Shown: positions 48,937 through 59,239 of the stretch, piece after piece
Layout: each line of letters starts with the position of its first letter
How positions within the stretch are numbered: position 1 is the stretch's first letter
Assembly (NCBI GenBank): GCA_964536335.1
Contig: CAZHWD010000178.1
Span: 7,945 to 71,944, forward strand
Source: an uncultured Eudoraea sp.
GTDB lineage: Bacteria > Bacteroidota > Bacteroidia > Flavobacteriales > Flavobacteriaceae
Direction of reading: 5' to 3'
Length of the DNA stretch: 64,000 nucleotides
The notes under the pieces: model-generated
Told to the model about the DNA's origin: nothing
Database searches by the model: none
What the model saw: the letters and a program-made list of their open reading frames with translations, nothing else
Program-made: the position numbers and the translations under genes

Positions 48937-50375
48937 TAGTTCCTTATTTTAGTAGAGTAGTTTCCATGTTGACTGTATTTGGTAATCTTCCCGGTTTCAT
49001 CTCGCTCAAACACTATCATCTCTCCGGGTTCTTCGTCCTTTCTTATTTTTTGAAAACGATCTCCCTGCACATGCTTAAGGAAAATCATAGATTTGGCAGG
49101 AGATTGGGAGGGTAGCCTTAACATAACCAGCTTTCCTTCCCAGCTTGAAATATAACTTTCACTTCCCCATGGTTGATTACTGTAATACCCGGCATAATCT
49201 GTCATATCTTTTTTTGAAGTTTCAACTACTTTGCCATTTTTAGATTCGTCTTTCACCTTATCGAGAATAGCATGCATTTCTCTGGCATATTTATGAGGGT
49301 TTGTTCCATTAGCATTAATCATGACAGTATAAGCCATTTTGGATTTTGGATTTAATTGTATCCCAGATCTATAGCCCGGGCAGCTCCCCCCATGGGAAAC
49401 CCATTTGGTACCATCAGGTCCTTTAGATACTGCAAAACCTAACCCCCAGGTAGTTTTCCAATCCGGATCGGTCCAGTGTACCTGCTGCATATATTTTAGG
49501 GTGGAAGACTTTATTATTTCTGTAATTGTTGAATCCATCAGCCGAAATTGCCAGGAAGCAAATTTTCCCAAGTCCAGCACGTTGGAAGAGAATCCTGCAG
49601 CTGCGGTAATTCCATTTGCCTGGAATAGCTTTACTTTTTGACGCTGCCCCTGCCTGTTTAAAGATGAATAACCAATAGCCAATTGACTTCCATATAAATT
49701 TTCAGGGAGTTGTGTTCGTGTATCGTTAAGCTGAAGGGGTTTTATTATATACTCTTCAACGTATGCAGTAAAAGATATTCCTGCGACCTGTTCTACAATT
49801 TCTCCCAAAAGTGTAAGGCCTAGATTGCTATATTGAAAATAGGTCGATGCAGGGTACAAAGTTTCCTGATTGCCCAGCTCATTTTTGATTTCTTCCTGGG
49901 TGGGAAATGGAAAATCTGGGCCCGTCCAATAAGGAAAATTTGCTTCTCGGGGCAGCCCTGAAGAATGGGTTAATAAGGTCCGTACCGTTATAGGTCCACT
50001 ATCGGAATATTGCTGATCCAGATTATACCATGGTAATAGATCACTCACTTTATCGTCCAGACGTAGCTTACCTTCATCATACAGCTTCATTATCGCAGTT
50101 GCGGTAAATAGTTTTGAAATAGAACAAATACTGCAAATTGTATTGGTTTCTGTGATTACATCAGCTTCCAAATTTGCTTTTCCAAAAGCACCAGACCAGA
50201 TTATTTCCTGATCCTTGATTATTGCTGCAGAAATGCCTGGGAGCTTTTCATAATCTTTTTGGGCATCTAACCAGACTTCAATGATTTTAAAGGCCTCAGA
50301 ATAGTCCTTTTTACTTTCCTGTGCGCTAGTATTGAGGTAAAAAATACAGATTATGGCAAAGAGTTTAAATTTCAT
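48936..50375 (-). CDS. Serine hydrolase, beta-lactamase / PBP-like family, with C-terminal extension
   Basis: SISK, LLTHSSG, YSN, HGG. Confidence 0.88.
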   Translation of the reverse strand: MKFKLFAIICIFYLNTSAQESKKDYSEAFKIIEVWLDAQKDYEKLPGISAAIIKDQEIIWSGAFGKANLEADVITETNTICSICSISKLFTATAIMKLYDEGKLRLDDKVSDLLPWYNLDQQYSDSGPITVRTLLTHSSGLPREANFPYWTGPDFPFPTQEEIKNELGNQETLYPASTYFQYSNLGLTLLGEIVEQVAGISFTAYVEEYIIKPLQLNDTRTQLPENLYGSQLAIGYSSLNRQGQRQKVKLFQANGITAAAGFSSNVLDLGKFASWQFRLMDSTITEIIKSSTLKYMQQVHWTDPDWKTTWGLGFAVSKGPDGTKWVSHGGSCPGYRSGIQLNPKSKMAYTVMINANGTNPHKYAREMHAILDKVKDESKNGKVVETSKKDMTDYAGYYSNQPWGSESYISSWEGKLVMLRLPSQSPAKSMIFLKHVQGDRFQKIRKDEEPGEMIVFERDETGKITKYSQHGNYSTKIRN

Positions 50376-50604
50376 ATTATTTATTGATCATTAAGTTGGT
50401 ATGTAGGAATTATTAATGTCGAAATCCGATAATTGCTATGAAATTAGTTTATTTTTTTGGAAAGGCGTTAAGGAACTCCATACTACTCAACCTAAGCCGC
50501 AGCCTCATCAATAAAAAATTCCTGGTTGAGGTAATATTAAATTCGAAATTTCACAGTGGATTCGATAGCTAAAGGAACAAATATAAATGGCTAAATTTCC
50601 CTGA

Positions 50605-53600
50605 TTATTTTCCTTTTAAATTGGATAAAAATTCAACCAAATCCCTTAATTCCCTTTTTGATAATACCATTCCCACAGGGGGCATTGCCGAAGGCATATT
50701 ATCTCTTTTCTTTATTCTTGATACGGCAATTTCCAATGGCTCTGCATCCGAAGTCCTAAGAATTATTTCCTCCTTATTTTCCGCTGCAAGAATTCCCGAT
50801 ACCACCTGGCCATCTTTAAGGGTCAACACAACAGAACCATACCCTGGTGCCAAACGAGATCCGGGTTCAATAAGGGATTGCAAGATTTCTTCCCTGCTAA
50901 GTATATTCGCAATATTGTCCAGAGGAGGGCCCACTTTTCCACCTGCTCCGTCAAGTGCATGACATCTTACGCATTGCGCTGCGGAATTATTTTTAAAAAT
51001 TTTAGCGCCCGGCCAATTACTACCTCCATAAAGGGCTTCCTTATAAGAATCCATGGAATACCCACTGTTCTTTAGTTTACTCAAACCAGCAATCAGATCT
51101 TCCGAATCAGTTGATTCAACTGCCTCAATTAAATCCAGGATGACTCCAGGGTTCAGTTGCTTGTTCCCTGCTTTTTGAATCAGATTCATCAATGCGTCCC
51201 GACTTTGGTCCAGAGGCATCTCCGTTAAAGCACTTATCATTGTTTGTTGCTCCCTTATTGATCCATTTTTAAAAATTGGATCTATTACACCAGGTAATTC
51301 ATTTTTCGAAATATTTAATTCAGGGATCATACCCACAGCCGCTGCTCGAACGTTTTCATCTTTGTCGCGCATCCCCATTTTTACAATTGAGGCAATTGCA
51401 TCGTCATGTAATTCTCCTAAGGTTTCTATCATGGCAATTCTTACCTCAGGTCTTCGGTCTTTGTTCAGAATAGATTTTAGCTGAGAATTATATGTAGATA
51501 AACCCAGGGTTCCCAAAATTTTTGAAGTGCCAATAAGAATATGTGGATTGCTGTCTTTTAGGAATACCGGAATATCTCCCTGAATTTTTTCTTTGACAAT
51601 ATTTGAATCCCGACTAATTTCTCCTCTGTAGCGCCCGTCTACCCTGTCTAAAACGCTAGGTGAGGCCCAGGTGCCTATAGTTGCCAAAGCTTCTCCTCGG
51701 AGATCACCAGATACATCAGTTCTTTTTGCAAATGAAATAAGCATGTCCAGCTCTTTTTCACCTCCAACCCTTAAGGCTGCATTAATACTCCTGCGAAGCA
51801 ATGGTTCTGAAGTAAATCTTTCTTCCTGCAGAAGATTTGCCAATGCAGGCATGGCTTCAGGTATTGACCAATCATCATTAATGGCCCTGGCTGCTTCTGT
51901 AACAATATATTCGTCATTGTCTTTCAAAAACAACGCTATATCTGCATTTTGTAGTCTTCTTAAAACCAATACTGCGGCTATCCGCAAGCTTCTTTCAGGG
52001 CTCTCAGATAAGGCAACTATTGGTGCAACTTTACCAATACGGCTCAATGCCAATACGGCGGCATGACGCAAGTATACATCTTCATCATTATTTACACTGA
52101 GGAAATTAATTAAAGGCTGTACAGCCTCAATATATTCTATTCTTCCCAGTGCCTGTGCTGCGAAGAAACGCACCCTTTCGTTTTCGTATTCCAATAAAGA
52201 AATAAGTTTGTCTCCTGCCTCCTTAAATTTTACATCTCCAAGGACTTTTACCGCCTGGGCTATGATTTCGGGATCCTCGTCATCCAATAAATCCATTAAA
52301 GGTTGGGCCTTCTTAATATTATCTGAAGCTATCTGACCAATTCCCCAAATTGCATGTATTCTTGCAAATTGGTTTTTATCTTCCAGAATTACGTTTTTCA
52401 ATGCCCTGTATCCCCAAAAAGTTCGGTCTGCAAGCGCAAATTGAGCCTTTTTTCTAATACGCATATCCGGATAAGCCAATAGTTCAACTAGATCATCGGC
52501 AGAAAGATCTTCATATTCCAAGGTCATAAGCCTTTGTGTCTCCAGCCTTTGTTCTTTTAGATCGTTTTTTGAATCCTCAACGTCCAATTTCCAGACCCGG
52601 CCATAATTTTTGGTTCCCCAACCGTTAATCCAATCAGCCAGGTAAAGAGCGCCATCAGGCCCGAATTGTAGACCAGTTGGTAAGACACCACTTAAGACAT
52701 CTAATTCCTTTTCAAGATCAAAAGAAGCCCCTTTTGGTTTTAAACAAAAGGACCAAATATGTGAAAGTGCAGGATCTCCCACAAATTCGACGAGAAAGAA
52801 TTGATTCAGCCAGTCCTTTCCAAGGGCGGTCCCCGGGTTATAAACCATCCCTGTAGGGCCATTATGGTAATTAGCAATAGGAGGAATAATATAGGCTGCC
52901 TGTCCTTCCCAAAGGGGGAGATATAGCTTTTCATCCATCCATACTTTATAACTGTTGTTCTTTGGATCTGTATATTTCCCATATTGCCAATTGGATCGCC
53001 ATCCGGCATCCGAACCTTCAACTAGATGCACAAGTCGTTCGCTTTCTCCTCTATGGTCCCCGTCATTATCAGAAGAAATTAAATTACCATAAGCGTCGAA
53101 AACAAATTCGTGTGTATTTCGTAGTCCTCTTGCAAATACCTCAAAATTGGTACCGTCAGGATTACAACGGACAATCATACCCTGATTCGGGTAGTGCAGT
53201 GTATCACCTTCCACCGTAGTGATGCTGGCTCCAATATCACCAATTCCCCAATAAATTTTACCATCGGGGCCCTCTATTGCTCCCGACATTCCATGGGCTC
53301 CAAATCCAATATGCACGGCGAATCCATGTGCAATTGAAGTTTTCGTATCCATTACACCATCTCCGTTAACGTCCTCTACCCGCCACATATCGGGTCCTAT
53401 TCCTACAAAAATATCATCGTCCCGAACCAATAAGGCACCTGCAACATCTGTTATTTCTTCATTAAAATCCTCCAGAATACGCGTAGAAACATCTGCTACA
53501 CCATCCTTATCGGTGTCTTCCAGTTTCCATATTTCATCTTTTTCAACAGTTAGATCTCTCCAGTCATGTATACTGTCTTTATTGAGATCAGGGAACCATT

Positions 53601-54015
53601 CATTCTCCTCACTAAGTTCAGTTGCGAATGTTTCGCGTAAAAAGGCACGTCTGTCCTCAACAGTTTGCAGACTTATAGAAGCAGTCATCCAATCCTGATG
53701 CCCCCGGATATCAAATTCGGAATTTTTTTGCCTGTTGGTTCTTGTTAGATATATATTACCTTCATCATCAATATCAATGGCAATGGGATCCGGAGCCAAG
53801 GAATCTGAAGCCCATAAATCCAATTTAAGTCCATCTGCCAAATTTGGCGAAATATACTCCTGACTTGCATCTGCTATCATCGTGGCAGATAATGAATCCA
53901 ACACATACGCTAAGGGAGTTTCCTTTGGGATTTTTGACTTTTGGCTGCATGAATGTGCCAATAAACCTATAGTAATTAATGCAATAAAATATGAAAGGTA
54001 CCTGCTTGAAATCAT
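50605..54015 (-). CDS. PVC-type heme-binding protein (beta-propeller dehydrogenase-like domain, HEAT repeats, cytochrome c)
   Basis: GPDGKIY, GLRN, FGPDGALY propeller motifs; HEAT-like repeats; CVRCH...GP.L...SAMP. Confidence 0.85.
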   Translation of the reverse strand: MISSRYLSYFIALITIGLLAHSCSQKSKIPKETPLAYVLDSLSATMIADASQEYISPNLADGLKLDLWASDSLAPDPIAIDIDDEGNIYLTRTNRQKNSEFDIRGHQDWMTASISLQTVEDRRAFLRETFATELSEENEWFPDLNKDSIHDWRDLTVEKDEIWKLEDTDKDGVADVSTRILEDFNEEITDVAGALLVRDDDIFVGIGPDMWRVEDVNGDGVMDTKTSIAHGFAVHIGFGAHGMSGAIEGPDGKIYWGIGDIGASITTVEGDTLHYPNQGMIVRCNPDGTNFEVFARGLRNTHEFVFDAYGNLISSDNDGDHRGESERLVHLVEGSDAGWRSNWQYGKYTDPKNNSYKVWMDEKLYLPLWEGQAAYIIPPIANYHNGPTGMVYNPGTALGKDWLNQFFLVEFVGDPALSHIWSFCLKPKGASFDLEKELDVLSGVLPTGLQFGPDGALYLADWINGWGTKNYGRVWKLDVEDSKNDLKEQRLETQRLMTLEYEDLSADDLVELLAYPDMRIRKKAQFALADRTFWGYRALKNVILEDKNQFARIHAIWGIGQIASDNIKKAQPLMDLLDDEDPEIIAQAVKVLGDVKFKEAGDKLISLLEYENERVRFFAAQALGRIEYIEAVQPLINFLSVNNDEDVYLRHAAVLALSRIGKVAPIVALSESPERSLRIAAVLVLRRLQNADIALFLKDNDEYIVTEAARAINDDWSIPEAMPALANLLQEERFTSEPLLRRSINAALRVGGEKELDMLISFAKRTDVSGDLRGEALATIGTWASPSVLDRVDGRYRGEISRDSNIVKEKIQGDIPVFLKDSNPHILIGTSKILGTLGLSTYNSQLKSILNKDRRPEVRIAMIETLGELHDDAIASIVKMGMRDKDENVRAAAVGMIPELNISKNELPGVIDPIFKNGSIREQQTMISALTEMPLDQSRDALMNLIQKAGNKQLNPGVILDLIEAVESTDSEDLIAGLSKLKNSGYSMDSYKEALYGGSNWPGAKIFKNNSAAQCVRCHALDGAGGKVGPPLDNIANILSREEILQSLIEPGSRLAPGYGSVVLTLKDGQVVSGILAAENKEEIILRTSDAEPLEIAVSRIKKRDNMPSAMPPVGMVLSKRELRDLVEFLSNLKGK

Positions 54016-54050
54016 TATTATTTAATTAACGAGATTACATTAAAACATGA

Positions 54051-56249
54051 CTATTTTTTCTTTGCGATGGAACAAAGTGATTCAATATGATTATTTAATT
54101 TATTTAGTGTTTGTGCTAGTTTTTTGATTTGTTCCTGGGCTTCCGGCCATTCTTTTTGCTCTATAGCTTCCCGAACACCAGGTAAGGTTTTAACTCCATA
54201 ACCGGTATAGAAGCCTGGCGCATAAATCTGATGTTTGTACCACGATCTTCTGGGTAATCCAGAGGCGTCGGTTAAGGCAAGTTCGGAATGCATCAATTTC
54301 TTATTCAATGCTTCAAGTTCACTATCAGAAAGTGAATTTAAATTTATTGAATTGAACAAAGCAATGGTAGCTCTGAGGCTAATCATACTATTTTGAATTG
54401 GTGTAAAATCCAGGTAAGGAATACTCTCTTTTTTCTTAGATTCTATATAGGGTTTAGTTGGATCTGAGGCCAGATAAAAGGCATTATCGCCGATCAGCAT
54501 GTTATGTTTTTCCACAGCTTTTCTCATGGTTTCACAAGACTTCATAATTTCATCAAGGTAGGTTGATACTGTCTCACGCAAGGGGTCAAAAGCGAAGGGT
54601 AAAATATCGGCATTGGCGAGTCGCAATACAATTCTGCCCGCAGTCTTTGCCAGGGCAGCCCCGTAGGCAAATTCAGGATCCTTGAAACGTTTATAATGGG
54701 AATAAGTATCGTAAATTGTATGATATTCTCCACCGGGATTTTCACCACCAAATCCTAAATTTAGAGAGGCAATTCCAGCGTGCTGTATAAAAGGGGTGTA
54801 ATCAGATCCTGATCCCAGGGCATAAAGCTTAAATTTGTCGTCACCCCCATTTATTTGATCCCTTGCAATTTTTCTTTTCTTAATAGAAACACCTTTCTGG
54901 GGATCTGTAACAGCATCGGCTACTTCACTTACCATGGTCTGCAGTGTATGAGAGCCGCCGGCGTTAAAGAACCCTCTGCCGTTCCCATCGGTATTTATGT
55001 ATGCAACGGCTTTCTTCTGCAGTTCTTCTTTATGATGTTCTACCCATTCTGTTGAGCCAATCAGTCCTGGTTCCTCAGCATCCCAAGCGCAGTATACTAA
55101 AGTTCTTTTTGGGCGTTGTCCTTTTTTAGCTAATTCACCGACTACCCTTGCTTCCTCCATTAAAGCCACCATACCACTCACAGGATCGGCAGCACCATGA
55201 ACCCATGCATCATGATGGTTGCCACGCAAAACCCATTCATTGGGAAATTCAGAACCTGTAAGGGTGGCTATGACATTGTAAGCTGGCTTTAATTGCCAGT
55301 CAAATTCCAGCTTTAAATGAACTTTTGCTGGTCCCGGCCCAATATGATAGGTCAGTGGTAATCCCCCTCGCCATGAAACGGGAGCAACCGGACCTTGAAG
55401 TGCCTCCAACAATGGTGCGGCATCTTCATAGGAAATTGGTAAAACAGGTATTTTTGTAATCGTTGGAGCATCTTTTCTGTCCAATCTATCGGCCTCTAAT
55501 GTTGCACCATAACCCGGTGTAAGGACATCTCCCGGATAAAGTGGCATATCCATTACAGATCCTCGTTGCACCCCGGTCTTATTTTTAAATGCCCCTTTTG
55601 GATAAACATCACCCCGAACATAACCATCATCTTGAGGATCTGAATAAATGATGCATCCAATTGCTCCCTTTTCAGCGGCTAGTTTAGGTTTAATGCCTCG
55701 CCAGGACCCGTAATATTTAGCGATAACAATTTTCCCCTTAACATCTATTCCAAGTTTTTCCAGCTCTTCGTAATCTGAAGGAATCCCGTAGTTGACAAAT
55801 ACCAGTTCTGCCTCAACATCACCATCTGTTGAGAATGCATTGTAGCTGGGTAATAATTCTTCTCCTTGTTCCGTATACGTATCACCCGCAACCGGCACTG
55901 CAGTTAATTTTGCCTTATAGACCGAGGGTTTTGTTAATTGGAGAATTCTAACTTTTGGATAAGGAAACAGGACCTGATAGGTTTCAATTTTGGCATCATA
56001 GCCCCAGGATTTGAATTGTTTTAGCATCCATTCTGCATTTTCTTTTCCATATTCAGTGCCCACATAGTGTGGCCGTGCAGCCATTTTTTTCATCCAGGAA
56101 TCGAGATTAGCAGTAGATATTTGCGATTCAAAGGAGGTTTCCAGATCTAGCTGTTTTTTTACATTTTCAGGTTTAAACCCTTTAATAATCTGGGCATTCA
56201 GACCCACAGTAAAAAGGACACACAGGAATGCGAGGAATGGTTTAGTCAT
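54051..56249 (-). CDS. M28 peptidase, glutamate carboxypeptidase II / NAALADase-like
   Basis: PA domain FVNYG, GNHHDAW, GAADP.SG, WDAEE, GSGSDY, YH, transferrin-receptor-like dimerisation domain. Confidence 0.92.
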   Translation of the reverse strand: MTKPFLAFLCVLFTVGLNAQIIKGFKPENVKKQLDLETSFESQISTANLDSWMKKMAARPHYVGTEYGKENAEWMLKQFKSWGYDAKIETYQVLFPYPKVRILQLTKPSVYKAKLTAVPVAGDTYTEQGEELLPSYNAFSTDGDVEAELVFVNYGIPSDYEELEKLGIDVKGKIVIAKYYGSWRGIKPKLAAEKGAIGCIIYSDPQDDGYVRGDVYPKGAFKNKTGVQRGSVMDMPLYPGDVLTPGYGATLEADRLDRKDAPTITKIPVLPISYEDAAPLLEALQGPVAPVSWRGGLPLTYHIGPGPAKVHLKLEFDWQLKPAYNVIATLTGSEFPNEWVLRGNHHDAWVHGAADPVSGMVALMEEARVVGELAKKGQRPKRTLVYCAWDAEEPGLIGSTEWVEHHKEELQKKAVAYINTDGNGRGFFNAGGSHTLQTMVSEVADAVTDPQKGVSIKKRKIARDQINGGDDKFKLYALGSGSDYTPFIQHAGIASLNLGFGGENPGGEYHTIYDTYSHYKRFKDPEFAYGAALAKTAGRIVLRLANADILPFAFDPLRETVSTYLDEIMKSCETMRKAVEKHNMLIGDNAFYLASDPTKPYIESKKKESIPYLDFTPIQNSMISLRATIALFNSINLNSLSDSELEALNKKLMHSELALTDASGLPRRSWYKHQIYAPGFYTGYGVKTLPGVREAIEQKEWPEAQEQIKKLAQTLNKLNNHIESLCSIAKKK

Positions 56250-56334
56250 ATTGATATTTATTAAAATTATAATTCATTTTTTAGTCCTATAAGCTTACTT
56301 ATCAGATGTCACAGAGATATTTATAATAATCCTG

Positions 56335-56871
56335 CTATTCGAGTATCATCTTGTCGAGATATAATTCAAAATCTTCGTTTTTTTTATTTCCAATTAAAAT
56401 TGCAAATTGCTCTATATACTCCCCAGGATAATTGGGAAGATCTAGTTTATTTCCCCGAAATGAAGGGATTATTTCGGAAAACAGAATTTCCAAAGTCTGC
56501 CATTCTCCATTAGTTTTAATATAAGCGATATATGAATAATAATCTGAAATCCTGGTTTTAACCCTTATCTGATATTGCTTACCATCGCCTTTACCTTTAA
56601 GACGCAAAGTTAATTTCTTAAAACTGTTTACCAATTTGGATTCAAAATTGTAGCGAACGGAAGAGAAACCACTATTATTTTCGAGAGATACATTTCCCGT
56701 AAAAAAGCCATCTCCTTTGTCATTAACTGAGAAGTTCCCTTTTGACAGACCTCCCATAACACCATCATTCACCACAATCCAGTTTTGAATATTACTTTCT
56801 TCAGAGAAATCAAATAGAACAAAAGGTTCAGACATTGTAAATATGAAAATTACTAGTAACACAAATCTCAT
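56335..56871 (-). CDS. CIA30 family protein
   Basis: W.VVNDGVMGGLS, VSLENNSGFSSVR, GDGK.Y, FRG. Confidence 0.88.
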   Translation of the reverse strand: MRFVLLVIFIFTMSEPFVLFDFSEESNIQNWIVVNDGVMGGLSKGNFSVNDKGDGFFTGNVSLENNSGFSSVRYNFESKLVNSFKKLTLRLKGKGDGKQYQIRVKTRISDYYSYIAYIKTNGEWQTLEILFSEIIPSFRGNKLDLPNYPGEYIEQFAILIGNKKNEDFELYLDKMILE

Positions 56872-57110
56872 GAATACCAGATTGCAGATTTTCTTCTTAA
56901 ATAATTATATAAGAAGATTTTTACTAAACAATTGTTTTTTTAAATCCTTTTAGCTCATTTTTATCTTTAACGATTTGGTTTTAGACACTAAGAGATGATT
57001 TTCTAAAAGTAATGATAAAAATAAACTCAATTTTCTTAAAAAATAACTCTATTCTATCATTTATTACATCTAAATAAGCAGAGATACAGGCCCTTGAAAA
57101 ATCGGAAGAC

Positions 57111-57734
57111 TCAGGTAAGCCTTCTGACGATAAAAATCTCTGCAATAAGAATATTTGGCACCCAGCATAACCAGGCAATAATCTTGTATGCCGGAATGAA
57201 TTCCATATTGAAGACCCCCAGGAATAATGGTAAATAAAGACGAAGTGTAACAGCTGCAAAACATAAGGCGTAACTTCTTATCATCCAGCGCTGATGTGCA
57301 TCAATTTCTATTTTTTTTATACTGGTGTAGGCATTTGAGGTGGTATAAAGCCAAAGTATGGCTAATCCCCCAAAACCAAAAGCAGGAATAATCCCTCCTG
57401 TTGCAAAAAACGCAATGCCCAATCCCGCAACACCACTTAGCAAGACAGCTCCAACATAAATTTTCCCTAAGGCCCTATGTAGCCCCAGTCTTTTTCTTCT
57501 TAGTTTTTTGTAAAATTGTGAAAACCCTGTTAGTAAGGCAAGTCCGCCTAAGAAAATATGCGTATAAAAAGCGGTGAGATAGATAGAATTATTAAGTAGC
57601 GTCTCGGATTTTGAGCCTAAAAGACTTTCTTCATAAGGTAATCCAATAAATCGCAACGGGTATAACCCAATGAAAATGGCAAATAATCCGAGAAAAAAAT
57701 AAGCTGTGTTGAGACGCCCTTGTTTTAAATTCAT
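57111..57734 (-). CDS. DUF2306 membrane protein
   Basis: FYTHI, LHRALGKIY, HQRWMIRSYAL, WLCWVPN. Confidence 0.85.
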   Translation of the reverse strand: MNLKQGRLNTAYFFLGLFAIFIGLYPLRFIGLPYEESLLGSKSETLLNNSIYLTAFYTHIFLGGLALLTGFSQFYKKLRRKRLGLHRALGKIYVGAVLLSGVAGLGIAFFATGGIIPAFGFGGLAILWLYTTSNAYTSIKKIEIDAHQRWMIRSYALCFAAVTLRLYLPLFLGVFNMEFIPAYKIIAWLCWVPNILIAEIFIVRRLT

Positions 57735-57916
57735 ATCACAAACTTAATTTAAGGTAATTTAATTTTCTATTCACAGCACAATGATTTAAGCCTGAGTAAT
57801 CTTACGATATTATTGTCAGATCTACAAAAATCAATTCTTTTTTAGCCTATTGTCTTAGCTAAGTTTATTTTTATAGTTTTAGCACTCATAAAAGGGTTTA
57901 TCTAAAAGAGGGAATT

Positions 57917-58525
57917 ATGTTTTACTTTCTAATGGATCTGTTAGGTACTGTCGCCTTTGCTATATCCGGGGTGCTTGTAGCCATGGATAAACGCCTGGAT
58001 CTATTTGGCGTATTTATTATTGCATTTGTCACAGCAGTAGGAGGTGGAACTCTTAGAGATTTGCTAATTGGCAATACTCCTGTGGCCTGGATGCTTGAAT
58101 CTACATACATAATTACTATTATAGGGACTGTTATACCGGCCATTATATTTAGGGAAAAACTTAGATATCTGCGAAAATCATTTTTCCTTTTTGATACTTT
58201 GGGAATTGGATTATATACTATGGTTGGAATAGAAAAGGGCCTAAATGCTAACTTACTTCCTGTAATGTGCATTATTCTGGGTACAATAACAGCTAGTTTT
58301 GGAGGAGTTATCCGGGATATTCTATGTAATGAAATACCGGTTATCTTTCGCAAAGAGATTTATGCTACCGCTTGCATAGTGGGAGGATCGAGTTATTTCC
58401 TGTTACGAAAATTGCCTTTAGGTGATGAATACGTTTATCTGGCGTCTATCCTGATTGTTATTGGCATTCGTTTAGTGGCGGTAAAATACAAAATTGCACT
58501 TCCCGGTATTTATAAAACTAAATAA
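57917..58525 (+). CDS. Trimeric intracellular cation channel (TRIC / UPF0126) family protein
   Basis: FAISG, DLFG, GGGTLRD, DTLG, GGVIRD, EIYAT. Confidence 0.92.
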   Translation: MFYFLMDLLGTVAFAISGVLVAMDKRLDLFGVFIIAFVTAVGGGTLRDLLIGNTPVAWMLESTYIITIIGTVIPAIIFREKLRYLRKSFFLFDTLGIGLYTMVGIEKGLNANLLPVMCIILGTITASFGGVIRDILCNEIPVIFRKEIYATACIVGGSSYFLLRKLPLGDEYVYLASILIVIGIRLVAVKYKIALPGIYKTK

Positions 58526-59239
58526 TCATTCAACAATTTCTGCTTTAAGAATATTGATATTTTGCATGGGCCAGTCTCCGCTATCTACAGGTTGCTGGTT
58601 AATTTTATCAACTACTTCCATACCGCTAATAACTTTTCCAAAGGGTGTGAAATCACCATCTAAATGATAAGAACCGGGTTTTGTCACAACAATAAAAAAT
58701 TCGTAAGGTGAGGCGAGCATATGCGGATTATCTATTTCACTGCTAGGCATAGAGATTGTTCCTCTGTGATGCTTGTAACCTTTTCTGGTATCAGGGGGTA
58801 AAAGGTATCTGCCAATTTCTCTACGTTTTTGTGCCGTTTCAAGGTTGTCTGCGTTACCACCCTGAATGATAAAATCTTTTACAACTCTGTGGAACATAGT
58901 ATTGTCAAAATATCCTTTCTTCGTCAGGTAAATAAAGTTTGCCTTGTGATAAGGTACATTATCATATAGCTGCACCGTAAAACTACCCAAAGTGGTTGTT
59001 AGCTTTACTTTTGTAGTTTTAAGACCTTTTTGGTAGTCAAAAAAGAAGTCTATTGCATTTTCTTCGGTGAGTACAAATGGCTTCTCCTCTTTAATTTCAG
59101 TTATTGAATCTGTTACTACCGTCTCTACTTTAAGTGGTTTTGGATTTTCTGCCTTAGGGTTTAAAGCAGGAGATTGCTTGCAAGCACCAAAAAAAATTAG
59201 TGGTAATATTGCAAGGCAGGTAAATTTTAAATGCGACAT
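58526..59239 (-). CDS. Cyclophilin-type peptidyl-prolyl isomerase, lipoprotein
   Basis: FGAC lipobox; FHRVVKDFIIQGG, HHRGTISM, HLDG.FT.FGKV. Confidence 0.9.
   Translation of the reverse strand: MSHLKFTCLAILPLIFFGACKQSPALNPKAENPKPLKVETVVTDSITEIKEEKPFVLTEENAIDFFFDYQKGLKTTKVKLTTTLGSFTVQLYDNVPYHKANFIYLTKKGYFDNTMFHRVVKDFIIQGGNADNLETAQKRREIGRYLLPPDTRKGYKHHRGTISMPSSEIDNPHMLASPYEFFIVVTKPGSYHLDGDFTPFGKVISGMEVVDKINQQPVDSGDWPMQNINILKAEIVE

Noticed and set aside
50486-50530. CTCAACC...GGTTGAG inverted repeat in an intergenic region
   Set aside because: Only 7 bp with a 31-nt spacer, single copy, and does not fit the cassette-site geometry
56926-56937. AAACAATTGTTT palindrome upstream of the CIA30 gene
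   Set aside because: Short and AT-rich in an AT-rich spacer; could be chance
42326-57734. Second long minus-strand gene run as another cassette array
   Set aside because: I found no AAC-N5-stem...N3-GTT elements in its spacers, and some genes abut or overlap as in an ordinary operon
59067-59237. 57-codon N-terminal extension of the Nudix ORF
   Set aside because: It is the antisense of the cyclophilin 5' end; ATG 59238 gives a normal-length protein
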